Assembly: GCA_030390025.1 (NCBI GenBank)
Contig: JASTWF010000323.1
Span: 186,001-250,000, forward strand
Origin: Squalus acanthias
Taxonomy: Eukaryota
Direction: 5' to 3'
DNA: 64,000 nucleotides
The notes beneath the pieces are model-generated. The model was not told where the DNA came from. It ran no database searches and was given only the letters and a program-made list of their open reading frames with translations. Positions 49,390 to 62,059 of the stretch are shown here, in pieces. Numbering within the stretch: the first letter of the stretch is position 1; every line of letters starts with the position of its first letter. Position numbers and translations under genes: made by a program.

Positions 49390-52300
49390 AGAGGCATGAC
49401 AGTTCACTCCCAAGGATTGCACATCCTGTGTCTTGTGGGAAATCCAGGACGCATCAAGTGTCCTGGACAACCACGTGTGCAGGATGTGTCGTCAGCTGGA
49501 GGAGCTCGCCTCCGGGTTTCGGAGCTTGAGCAGCCGCTGGCGTCACTGCGGTGCATCCGCGAGGCTGAGAGTTACGAGCATAGCACGTTTCAGGAGGTGG
49601 TCACCCGTAGCTTAGCAGTGCACAGGCAGAGCGGGAATGGGTGACCGCCAGACAGAAGAGGAGGACCAGGCAGGTAGTGCAGGAGTCCCCTGAGCGAATC
49701 TCGCTCTCCAACCAGTATTCTGTTCTGAGTACTGGTGAGGGCTTTGGTGCCTCTTGGGAGTACAGCCAGAGCCAAGTCCATGTCACCACGGGTGTCTCAT
49801 CTCAGGGGGTGCAGGATGATAGGAAAAGCAATAGTGGTTGGGGATTCGAGTTAGGGGAGCAGAGAGGTGTTTCTGCAGAAGGGGATGTGACTCCAGGATG
49901 ATATGTTGTCTCCCTGGTGCCATGGTTGAGGATGTCACAGAGCGGCTGCAGAACATTCTGATGGGGGAGGGTGAACAGTCAGAGGTCATGCTCCATATCG
50001 TTAGCAACGGAATAGGTAGAAAGAGGGATGAGGTCCTGCAGGCAGATTTTAGGGAGCTAGGAAAGAGATTAAAAAGCAGGACCTCAAAGGTAGTAATCAC
50101 TGGATTACTCCCGGTTCCATGCGCGAGTGAGTATAGAAAGAAGAGGATAGAGCAGATGAATGCGTGGCTGGAGAGATGGTGCAGGAGGGAGGGCTTCAGA
50201 CTCCTGGGGCATTGGGGCCTTTACTGGGGCAGGTGGGACTTGTACAGGCCAAACGGGTTGCACCTCAACAGAGCCATTATCAATATCCTCGCGGGGAGGT
50301 TTGCTAGAGGTATTGGGGAGGATTAAACTAAGTTGACAGGGGGATGGGCACCAGGATGTAGTAGAAAGGAGAAATAACGGGCACAAAGGATTGTGGGAGA
50401 CGGATAGCAATAAGTAAGAAATAGTAAGGTATTAGATGGCGTCAGACTAAGAGAGAATACAGGATGAGCTTAGACAGGTTTTCAGTGTATGCATGTGAAC
50501 GCACGAAGCATAGTAAACAAGGTTGGTGAGATGCAGGCGCAAATAGCCACATGGGAATATGATGACATGGCAATAACGGAGACCTGGCTCAAAAAAGAGC
50601 AGGATTGGGTATTACATATTCCTGGATATAAGGTGTTCAGGAAAGATAGGGAAGGAAAGATAGGAGGTGGTGTGGCAGTATTGGTTAAGGAGAATGTTAC
50701 AGTGCTGGAGAGAGAGGATGTCCTGGAGGGATCAAGGACAGAATCAAATGTCTAGAGTTAAGATAAAATAGAGGTGCCATTACACTACTGGGGTATTTTA
50801 TAGACCACCAAATAGTGGGAAAAATATGGAGGAGCAAACTTGCACAGAAATTACAGAGAGATGCAAGACATATAAAGTAGTGAGAATGGGTACTTCAACT
50901 ATCATAATATAGACTGGGATAGTAATAGTGTAAAGGGCAGAGAGGGGGCAGAATTTCTGGAGTGTGTTCAGGAAATCTTTCTTGATCAGTATGTTTCCAG
51001 CCCAACGAGGAAGGAGGCATTGCTGGATCTGGTTCTGGGGAATTAGCTAGGTCAAGTGGAGCAAGTGTCAGTGCGTGAATATTTAGAGAACAGTGACATA
51101 GTATCATAAGGTTTAGAGTAGCTATGGAAAAGGACAAGGATCAATCTAGAGTAAAAATACTTAAGTGGAGGAAGGCCAATTTCAGTGGGATGAGAACGAT
51201 TTTGGCCTGGATAAATTGGAATCAAAGATTGGCAGGCTAAATTATAATGGAACAATGGGTTGCATTTAATGAGGAAATATTTCAGGTAGAGTCGAGGTAC
51301 ATTCACAATAGGGGGAAAGGTAGGGTAACCAAAGCCAGACCTCCCTGGATGACGAAAGAGATAGAGAGTAAGATGAAGCAGTGGAAGAGCGCGTATGAGA
51401 GATGTCAGGTCGAGAATACATCTGAGAATCAGGCTAAATATAGAAAGTTCAGAAGAGAAGTGAAGAAGAAATAGTAGGGGAAAAGAGAGGTATGAGAATA
51501 GAATGGCAGCTAACATAAAAGTTAATCCAAAAGTATTCTATAGGTAAATAAATAGTAAACAGGTATTAAGAGGATGGGTGGGGCCGATTAGCGACCAAAT
51601 ATGGCCCTAGCATGGAGGCATAGGATATGGATGAGGTGCTAAATGAGTTTTTGCATCTGTCTTCACCAAGGAAGAGGATGCTGCCATAGACATAGCGAAG
51701 GAGGAGGTAGAGGAGATACTGGATGGGATAAAAATTGATAAAGAGGAGGTACTAGAAAGTAGGTAAGTGACCAGGACCAGATGGGATGCATCCTCGGATG
51801 CTGCGAAAAGTGAAGTAAGAAATCGCGGAGATACTGACAATAATCTTCCAATCCTCCTTAGAAATGGGGGTGCTGCCAGAAGACTGGAGAATTGCAAATG
51901 TTACACCTTGTTCAAAAATGGGTGTTAAGATAATCGCAGCAACTACAGGGTTGTCAGTTTAACCTCGGTAGTGGGGAAGCCTTTAGAAACAATAATTAGG
52001 AAAACGTAACAGTCACTTGGACAAGTGTGGATTAATTAAGCAAAGCTAACACGCATTTGTTAATGGCAAATCGTGCTGAACCAACTTGATCCAGTTTTCT
52101 GATTAGGTAACAGAGCGGGTTGATGAGGGCAATGCGTTCGACGTGTTGTACATGGATTTCCAAAAGGCGTTCGACAAAGAGCCATATATTAGACTTCACA
52201 GCAAAGTTGAAGCCCATGGATTAAAAGGGATAGTGGCAGCATGGATACGAAATTGGTTAAGTGACAGGAAACAGAGAGTAGTGGTGAGCAGTTGTTTTTC

Positions 52301-53303
52301 GGACTGGAGGAAGTTATACAGTGGTTTTCCCCAGGGGTCAGTTGTAGGAACACTGATTTTCTTGATAAATATTAAAGTCTTGGATGTGGGTGTACAGGGC
52401 ACAATTCAAAATTTGCTCATGGCACGAACTTGTAAGTATTGTGGACAGTGAGAAGGATAGTCATATAATTCAAGAGGGCATAGTCAGGCTGGTGGAATGG
52501 GCGGACAGGTGGCAGATGAAATTTAATGCAGAAAAGTGCGAATTAATACATTCTGGTAGAAATAATGGGGAGATGAAATATAAACTAAAGTGTACAATCC
52601 TAAAGTGGGTGCATGAACAGAGAGGCCATGGGGTATATGTGCACAAATCGTTGAAGTTGGCAGTACAGATTGAAATAGCATCATGAATAGAGGTATAGAG
52701 TAAAAAGCCTGGATATTATGATGAAACTGTCTAAAACATTGTTTCGGCCTCAACTGGAGTATTGTGTCCAATCCTGGGCACCGCGATTTAGGAAGAAAAT
52801 AAAGGCCTTAGATAGGCTGCGGAAAAGATTTACAAGAATGTTCCCAGGTAGAAGGAACTTCCGTTACGTCGATAGACTGGAGAAGCTGGGGTTGTTCTCC
52901 TTAGAGCAGAGAAGATTGAGAGGAGTTTTGATAGAGTTGTTCAAAATCATGAGGGGTCTGGACAGAGTAGATAGAGTGAAACGGTTCCCATTGGCAGAAG
53001 GGTCGAGAAACAGAGGACACAGATTTAAGGTGATTGGCAGAAGAACCAAAGGCGACATAGGCAAAACTTTTTTACTCAGCGAGTTCTTAAAATCTGTAAT
53101 GCAAAGCCTGAAAGGTTGGGGGAGTCATACTTAATAACAGCTTTCAGGAGGGAGTGGGATAAGTACCCGAAGGAAAAATATTTGCAGGACTACGGGGAAA
53201 GGGCGGGTGAGTGAACTAACTGAAGTGATCTTGCAAAGAGCTGGCACGCGTTCGACGGGCCAAATGGCCTTCTTCCGTGCTGTAACCATTCTATGATTCT
53301 ATG
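49390..53303 (+). mobile_element. Near full-length decayed CR1 LINE (paralog of 38970-42866)
   Basis: ORF1 esterase CLPGA..GLLPVP..NAWLERWCRREGF..GLHLN; APE ITETWL; RT YMDFQKAFDK; tail ttctatgattctatga. Confidence 0.92.
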
Positions 53304-53339
53304 AAAGATTGGGAACCACATAGAGTACCGGAAACCGGG

Positions 53340-53880
53340 GCCCATCCTTTACTCTCTGTCCCCGTTCTATATTCCCCTCTATCCCGGGTATCTCCCTTTA
53401 CTCTCTGTCCACGTTCTATATTCCTCTCTATCCCGGGTATCTCCCTTTACTCTCTGTCCCCGTTCTATATTCCCCTCTATCCCGGATATGTCACATTATT
53501 CTCTGTCCCCGTTCTATATTCCTCTCTATCTCCGGTATATACCTTTACACTCTGCAATGTTCTATATTTCCTTTCTGTCTTTATGACAGAGATAGATAGA
53601 TTTCTAGACACAAAAGGCATCAGTGGGTATGGGGAGACAGCAGGGATATGTTATTGAGATATAGGATCAGCTATGATCATATTGAATGGCGGAGCAGGCA
53701 AGAAGGGCCGAATAGCCTACCCCTGCAACTATTTTTCTATGTTTCTATATCGCGGGTATCTTCCTTAACTCTCTGTCCCCGTTCTATATTTCCCTCTATC
53801 CCGGGTATCTCCCTTTACTCTCTTTTCCCGTTCATTATTTCCCTCTATCCCGGGTATCTCCCTTTATGCTCCCTGTTTCT
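53340..53880. repeat. ~49-bp minisatellite with a short CR1 3' tail inserted (~53578-53746)
   Basis: The array is interrupted by gacagagatagatagatttctagacac..tttctatgtttctat. Confidence 0.8.
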
Positions 53881-54053
53881 CTGTGCAGAGTCCGGTTGTC
53901 CCCCTTTCCCTGTATGAACTCCCTGCCCCATTGCTCTGACTGATGATCCCGGTCTCTCTGCAGTTCCCATTCCTACTCTCACAATTTGTTCTGTTTTGTA
54001 TATTTACTACTCGCTTATCGACTAGTTTATCTGTAATTTCCCCCTCACGTTAC

Positions 54054-54198
54054 CTTTTAAATCTGTACCATCCTTGAACAAGATCGTTATCACACTTCGA
54101 GTCCCACCCATCGATGCACTGAGTCTCAATGCAGTCCGTGCTCCTCCAGGTGTCCTCCAGGACTGTGTGATGTTCACACGGGTCCGTGAGTGCGGAGT
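54054..54198 (-). CDS. D8C module 1, exon A (145 nt, phase 1 to 2): (D)SALTDPCEHHTVLEDTWRSTDCIETQCIDGWDSKCDNDLVQGWYRFK
   Basis: Acceptor ttttgtcactcagtcgcag, donor AAG|gtaacg; open; DPC..WRST..CD.DL..GWYRF signature. Confidence 0.9.
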
Positions 54199-55054
54199 CT
54201 GCGACTGAGTGACAAAATCATGTTTCATGTTAAAATAAAGTACAATTAATGTTACACAGCGACTTGTACCCCCCGAAGCACCAATAACCTCAGTCTCACT
54301 CTCCGGCCTGGTAGAAAATCCCCAAAATGAAAGCTGGAAACAATCCTCCTTCTCTAAACCAGATTTCCATCTGGCTCCCAGCCCAGCCTCCCCTCTAACT
54401 CAGTGCTCACAGAGTGACATCAATATTCTAGATGAACCCTTAGTCCCAGTTAACAGAAAACAACAAAAACCTCAGCTTCACTTGGTCCAATAGAAATGCT
54501 GCAAATTTAAAGCTGGAATTTAGCTATTGTGTAAACCAGGATTTGTTCTGTACCCCAAAATGTTGGGCTCCGTTTTACTTCTATTAACACAGAGAATCAG
54601 GATGTCCGGCTCGGTCTCACCCTCTCCCTCCCTCCTCACAGACTGATCTCTCTGTTCTACATTAACTGATATGGCCCAGCTACAGAACGCCATGTGCCCG
54701 GGTAAGTTACAGGCAGCAGTTCCCGCGGGCAACGCCAACATTTGGGACCCACCTCCTGCACCTGGAGACTGAGCTGGTGAACACTGAGTGCAGATGGTAA
54801 GGGGCACTCGATGGTCAGTGAGAGATATCATGGGATATCTCAGTCCCCAGGTGAACACTGAGTGCAGATGGTGAAGTACACTCCATGGTCAGTGAGAGAT
54901 ATCATGGGGTATCTCAGGCCCCAGGTGAACACTGAATGCAGATGGTGAGGGACACTCGATGGTCAGTGAGAGATATCATGGGGTATCTCTGTCCTGGGAT
55001 GAAATTCGATTAAAATAACTTTCTGTTGTTGTTTCTTAATTGATAAATCAATAA

Positions 55055-55056
<2 letters not shown>

Positions 55057-55092
<36 letters not shown>
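55057..55092. repeat. (TA)n microsatellite
   Basis: Perfect TA run. Confidence 0.95.
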
Positions 55093-55098
<6 letters not shown>

Positions 55099-55221
55099 GA
55101 ACATTGAATATATTAATACTGATAATATAAATAAATTAGAAGCGGAATATCAACGGTATTTTGATAACATTATACAACTTGTACGATAAATATTCTGATA
55201 GATTTACTGAGTATATGAATA

Positions 55222-55780
55222 TCATAGAATCATGGAATAGTACAGCACTGAAGGAGGCCAATCGGCCAATCGAGTCTGCGCCGGCTCTTTCGAAGTTCAA
55301 TCCAGTTAGTCCCACTTCCCCCGCTCTTTCCCCATATCCCAGCAATTTTTCTCCTTCAAATATTTATACAATTCTCTTTTGAGGGCTACTACTGAATATG
55401 TTTCCAACACCCTATCAAGCAGTGCTTTCCAAATTCTTAACACTTGTTTGTGTAAAAACGCTTTATCTCATGTCGCCTATGTTTATTTTATCAATCACCG
55501 TAAATCTGTGCCCACTTGTTGTCGACCCTTCAGACAGTGGAAACAGTTTGTCTTTATTTTCTTTATCAAAATCCTTCATGATTTTGAACATCTCTGTCAA
55601 ATCTCCTCTTAGCCTTCTCTGCTCTAAGGAGAACAACCCCAGCTTCTCCAGTCTATCCACGTAACTGTAATACCAGTCTAGTAAATCTCTACTTTACCCT
55701 CTCCAAAGCCTTCACATCCTTCCTAAAATGTGGTGTCTAGAATTGGATATAATTCTCCGACTGGGACCGAACTCGTGAAT
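55222..55780 (-). mobile_element. CR1 3' fragment (paralog of 47090-47845)
   Basis: Peptide LEKLGLFSLEQRRLRGDL. Confidence 0.85.
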
Positions 55781-55984
55781 ATGAAATATAAATTTTATGA
55801 TAAAGACAAGAACTGAATGTGAAGATTACAACTAAATGACAATGGGAAATATAAACACACATACAAATGTAAATGATAATTTAAATGTACAAATACATAA
55901 ATATCAGTATTAAATAAAAAAACAAAATACAGCTCACTACGTATTAGAAAGAAGTGCGCAAATATAACTATATAAATATAAATA

Positions 55985-57000
55985 TAACTTGGGCCCCAGC
56001 TATTCACAATATACATTAATGATCTAGATAAGGGAACTAAATGTAATATCTCCAAGTTTGCAGATGGCACAAAGCTGGGTGGGAGCGTGTGCTGCGACGA
56101 GGATACCGAGAAACTCCAGGATGATTTGGACAGGTTGGGTGAGTGGGCAGAAGTGTGGCAGATGAAATTTTACGTGGATAAATGCGAGGTTATCCACTTT
56201 GGTGTCAAAAACAGAAAGGCAGACTATTATCTGAATGGTAGTAGATTTGGAGAAGGGGAAGTGCAACGAGACCTGGGTGTCCTTGTGCACCAGTCGCTGA
56301 AGGTAAGCATGCAGGTGGTGCAGGCGGTGGAAGAAGTCAAATGGTATATTGGCCTACATAGCGAAAGGGTTTGAGTATAGGAACAGGGGTGTCCTTCTGA
56401 AGTTGTACAGGGCCTTGGTGAGACCACACCTTGAGTACTGTATGCAGTTTTGGTCGCCTTATCTGAAGAAGGATGTTCTTGCCATGGAAGGAGTTCAGCG
56501 AAGATACACAAGGCTGATACCTGGGATGGTAGGAAGGACATATGAGGAGAGATTGGGTCGATTGGGCTTATACTCGCTGGAGTATAGAAGAATGAGAGGG
56601 GATCTCATCGAAACAAATACAATTCTGACAGTTCTGGATAAACTAGATGCAGGAAGAATGTTCCCGATGTTCGGAAAGTCCAGAACCAGGGGTCATCATC
56701 TAACGATAAGGGGTAAGCCATTTCGGACAGAAATGAGGAAGAATTTCTTCACCCAGAAAGTGGTGAATCTGTGGAAAATTCTCTACAACAGAATGTAGTT
56801 GAAGCCAATTCATTAAATATATGCAAGAATGAGTTAGATATATTTCTTAAAGCTAAAGGTATCAAGGGATATGGGGAGAAGTCAGGTACAGGGTACTGAG
56901 TTTGGACGATAAGCCATGATCTCATCCAAAGGCGGAGCAGGCTCGATGGGCCGAATGGCCTACTCCTGCTCCTACCTTCTATTTTTCTATGTTTCTATGT
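55985..57000 (+). mobile_element. CR1 RT C-terminus and 3' UTR
   Basis: Peptides LQDDLDRL and LVRPHLEYCMQFWSP; tail tttctatgtttctatgt. Confidence 0.9.
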
Positions 57001-57162
57001 AATATTTACAATATTTGTGCAAATAAAGTGCAATGATATCATGATATCTCAATACATAGAAATAAATCTCAATTTTTCTTGTAGTGAAAACAGAGCCAAG
57101 GAAGGAGGAGAATAAATAATATCGATCAATAATGCAAATATTTTACAAATCGTTAATAATAA

Positions 57163-60100
57163 GAACAACAACTTGTAATTATATAGCGCCTTCAATGTAG
57201 TGAAACGTCCCAAGGCACTGCACAGGAGTATTTTTAAGACAATTTTTTTTTACATCGAAACACATAATGATAAACTAGAGCATGTGAACAAAAGCTTGAT
57301 CAAACAGGTATTTTTTTAAGGAGCGTCTTAAAGGAGGCAAGAGAGGTAGCGAGGCGGAGAGATTTAGGCAGGAAATTCCAGAGCTTGGGGCCTAGGCAAT
57401 ATAATGCACGGCCACCAAAGGTAGAGCGATTATAATCAGGGAGGCTCAAGCAGCCAGAATTAGAGGAGCACAGATATCTCCGGGGGTTGCGGGGCTGAAG
57501 GAGTTTACAGAGAAAGGAAGGGGCGAGGCAATTGAAGGATTTGAAAACAAGGATGCAAATTTTGAAATCGAGGCGCTGCTTAACTAGGAGCCAATGTAGG
57601 TCAGCGAACACAGGGGAGATGGGCGAACAGGACTTGATGCCAGTTAGGACACGGGCAGCCGAGTTTTGCATGACCACAAGTTTACGTAGGGTGGAATGTG
57701 GGATGCCAGCCAGGAGTGCCTAGGAATAGTCAAGTCTAGAGGTAACAAAGGCATGGATGAGGGTTTCAGCAGCGGATGAGCTGAGGCAAGGGCAGAGACG
57801 GGCGATGTTACGGAGGTGGAAGTAGGCTGTCATTGTTATGCTTCAGATATGTGGTCGGAAGCTCATTTCAGGGTCAATCTGACACCAAGGTTGCGAACAG
57901 TGTGGTTCAGCCTCAGACAGCTGTTCGCGAGAGGGATGGAGTCACTGGCTAGGTAACGGAGCTTGTGGCGGTGACCAAAAGCAGTGGCTTCGGTCTTCCC
58001 AATATTTATTTGAGAAACATTTTGGCTCATCCAGAATTGTATGTCGGACAAGCAGTCTGACAAATTAGAGATCGTGCAGGGGGTCCAGAGAAGAAGTAGT
58101 GAGCTCCAGCTGGTTGTCGTCAGTGTACAAGTGGAAACTGACGTTATGCTTTCGGATGATATCGCCCAGGGGCAACATGTTGATGAGAAATAGGAGGAAC
58201 CAAGGATAGATCCTTGGGGTTGCACCAGAGGAAACAATGCGGGAGCGGGAAGAGAAGCCATTGCATGTGATTCTCTGGTTAATCTTAGATAGTCAAGAAT
58301 TGAACCAGGTGAGTGCAGTCCCACACAGCTGGACGATGGTGGAGAGGTGTTGGAGAAGGATGGAGTGGTCAACCGTGCCAAAGGCTGCAGACAAGTCAAG
58401 AAGGACGAGGAGGGATAGTTTAGAATCGTAGAAAAATGGGAGCAGGAGTAGGCCATTCGGCCTTTCGAGCATGCTCTACCATTCAGTATGATTATGGCTG
58501 ATCCTCTATCTCAATATCATATTACCGATCTCAACCCAGACCCCTTGATGCCTTTTGTGTCTAGAAATCCAACTATCTCCTTCTTAAATATATTCAGTGA
58601 ATTTGCATCCACAGCCTTCTGTGGTGGAGAATTCCACAGGTTCAACCTCATCTGACTAAAAAGAATTCTGCTCATCTCCGTCCTAACTGTCCTTCTCCGT
58701 ATCATGAGACTGTGTCCCCCCGTTGTAGAGCCAGCAGCCAGGGGAAACATCCTCCCTGCATCCAGTCTTTTTAGCCCTGTAAAAGATGTTTACGTTTCAA
58801 TGAGATCCCCTCTCATTCTTCTAAACTCTGGTGAATACAGGCCGAGTCGACCCAGTCTCTCCTCGTGCGTCAGTCCTGCCATCCCTGGATTCAGTCTGGT
58901 GAACCTTCGCTGCAATCCCTCTATGGCAAGAGTATCCTTTCTTAGGGAAGGTTGACCAAAACAGCGCACAGTACTCCAGGTGTGGTTTCACCAATGCCCT
59001 GTTTAACTGCAGTAAGACATCCTTGCTCCTGTACTCAAATCCTCTTGCAATGAAGGCCAACATATAATTTGCCTTCCTAACTGCTTGCTGCACCTGCATG
59101 TATGCTTTCAGTGACTGGTGTACAAGGACAGCCAGGTCCCTCTGTAGCTCAACATTTCCCAATCTATCAACATTTAAATGATACTCTGCCTTTCTGTTTT
59201 TCCTGTCGATGTGGATAACTTCATATTTATGCACGTTATATTGCATCTGCCACGTATTAGCCCATTGACTCAACTTGTCTACTTCGCCCTGAAGCCTCTT
59301 TGCATCCTCCTCACAACTCACAATCCCGCAAAGCTTTGTGTCGTCAGTTAACTTGGAAATGTTACACTTGGTTCCTCATCCAAATCTTTGATATATGTTG
59401 TCAATAGCTGGGGCCCAAGCACTGATCCGTGCGTTACCACACTAGTCACCGCCTGCCAGCCCGAAAAAGATCCATTTATTCCTGCTCTCTGTTTCCTGTC
59501 TGCTCATCAATTTTCAATCCATGCTAGTATATTATTCCCAATCCCATGTGCTTTAGTTTTGCACTCTCACCTTTTATGTGGAACTTTATCAAAGGCCTTC
59601 TGAAAATCCAAATACATCACATCCAGTGATTCTCCCTTATCTATTCTACCAGTTACATCCTCAAAACTCCCCAGTAGGTTTTTCAAACAGCATTTCCATT
59701 TCAAAAATCCATGTTGACGTTTTCTAATCCCATTGATATTTTCTAAGTGTCCTGTTATCACATTCTTTATAATAGACTCTAGCATTTTCCCTAGTACTGA
59801 TGTTAGTCTAACTGATCTGTAGTTCCCTGTTTTCCCTCTCCCACCTTTTTAAATAGTGGGGTTATATTTGCAACCCTCCAATCTGCAGAAACTGTTCCAT
59901 AATCTCTAGAATTTTGGAACATGACAACCAATGCATCCGCGATTTCCATGGCTACCTCTTTTAATCCTCTGGGATGCAGATCATCAGGCCCTGGGGATTT
60001 ATCGGCTTTCAGTCCCATTAATTTCTCCAGCACTATTTTTTTGCTATTAATAATTTCCTTTAATTCCTCCATCTCACTAGACCCTCGGTTCCCTAGCATT

Positions 60101-62058
60101 TCTGGATAGTTATTTGTGACCTCCTTCATGAAGAAAGAAAAAAAGTGTTTGTTTAATTGCTCAGCTATTTCCTTGTTCCCCATTATAAATTATCCAGTTT
60201 CTGACTGTAAGGGACCTACATTTGTCTTCACTAATCTTTTTATTTTTACATACTTGTAGAAGCTTTTACAAACCACTTTTATGTTACTTGCAAGTTCACT
60301 CTCAGACTCATTTTTCCCCTCTTAATCAATCTCTTGGTCCTCTCCACCATCATGCCTTTTAATGAAGCTCCCCAATCTATCATAGCCAACTTATTTCTCA
60401 TACCTTCAGAGTTTCCTTTGATTAGATTTAGGACCCTCGTTTCGGATTGGACTTCTTCACTTTTCATCTTAATGAAAAATTCTATCATGTTATGGTCATT
60501 CTTCTCTGAAGGATCCCGCACAACAAGATTATTAATTAAACATTTCTCATTGCCCAATAGCAAATCTAGGAGGCCTGTTCCTTAGTTGGCTCATCAATGC
60601 ACGGGTCTAAAGAAAATGTGTACACACTCCAGGACTTCATCCTTCACAGTATTATTGCTAATTTGGTTTGGCCAGTCTATATATATAGATTAAAGTCACC
60701 CATGATTACTGTAGTACCCTTGTTGCATGCATATCTAACTTCCTATTTGATGACTTCCCCTATGTTACTCCGACTGTTTGGAGGCCGAAAGACAACTCCC
60801 ACCAAAATTTTTTGCCACTTGGTGCTTCCTAGCTCCACCCCGACTGATTCTATATCTTGCTTTTCTGTGCCAATATCCTTTCTCACTATTGCTCTGATTT
60901 CATCCTTTATTAACAACGTCACCCCACCGCCTTTTTTCTTTTTGCCTGTCCTTCCTAAATATCTAATATCCTTGGATATTCAGCTCCCAGTCTTGGTCAC
61001 CGTGGATCCATGTCTCAGTTATCGCAATTATATTACTTTTGTCACAGTCACAAAGGATGTCATTTATGACTTTGATGAGAGCCGTTTCGGTATTGTGTCA
61101 AGGGCGGAACTTGACTGGAGGGATTGAAACATGGAATTGCGAGAAAGATGGGCAAGGATTTGGGAGGCGACAACACGCTCAAGGGCTTTGGAGAGGAAAG
61201 GGAATTTGGAGTTGAGGCGGTAGTTTGCAAGGACAGAGGGATCAAGGTTTGTTTTTTGAGGGGAGGGGTGATGACTGCAGATTTGAGGGAGAAGGGTGCA
61301 GTACCTGAGGAGAGAGAACCGTTAACAATATCAGCTAACATGGGAGCCAGAAAAGTTAGTTGGGTGGTCAGCAGTTTGGTGGGAATAAGGTCGAGGGACC
61401 AGGAGGTGTGTCTCTTGGACAAGATGAGCGCAGAGAGGTCATGAGGGGAGATCGGAGAGGAACTGGCGAAATATTTGTGTTCAGTCCTAGGGCAGGGGGA
61501 ACCATCGAAGAAGTTTGGCGTGGTGGGCTAGGGGAAGGAAGGGAAGTGGCAGAGGCAGTCGAAAGGATAGTCTCAATCTTAGAGACAAAGAAATCCATGA
61601 GATCCTCACACTTATTATCGAGATGAGGGTGGAGGGGAAAGTGGAGAATGGTTTAGGAAGACGGTTAGCAGAAGAGAATAGGAGCCTGGGTTTATCTTTG
61701 CATTCCAGAATGATTCTGGAAAAATGAGCAATTTTGGCAGACGAGAGCAGGATCTGATAATGCATTAGGTGGTCCAGCCAGATCTGGCGGAGAATGGCTG
61801 AATTAAATGTCCGCCATATCCGTTCAAGTCTGCTTCCCTTGGACTTAAGGGAGCGAGGTTGAGAGCCGTAACAGTGCGAACAGCCACGGTGAGAGAGGGT
61901 AATTGTTTTAGTAGGGACTTGGGCATCAAAGGTGGTGGTGAGGGTGTGATTGAGCAGCTCAGTCGCTGTAGAAATGTCGTGGTGAATGGAGGGCTAGAGA
62001 TTGGACATACGGAATTTCATAGTGCAGTTGTAAGAGAGTTGGGAGTTGGGAAAGCCTG
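57163..62058 (-). mobile_element. L2 LINE (decayed ORF2 to 3' end), split by a CR1 insertion
   Basis: Peptides QNSAARVL..LHWL.VKQR.DFK and SLDLIPTKLL..LKSAVITP; reverse tail acaacaacttgtaattatatagcgcc; the sequence is continuous across 58421/61034. Confidence 0.88.
58422..61030 (-). mobile_element. CR1 LINE (ORF2 to 3' end) nested inside the L2
   Basis: Peptides KSPGPDDLHPR, YLDFQKAFDKVPH and LVKPHLEYC. Confidence 0.9.
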
Positions 62059-62059
62059 A

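Noticed and set aside
49390..53303. Active CR1 or domesticated esterase gene
   Set aside because: Multiple stops and frameshifts in both ORFs.
25968..54198. Assigning the symbol UMOD, GP2 or OIT3
   Set aside because: Only the D8C module is shared. No EGF or ZP exons were found, so orthology is unsupported.
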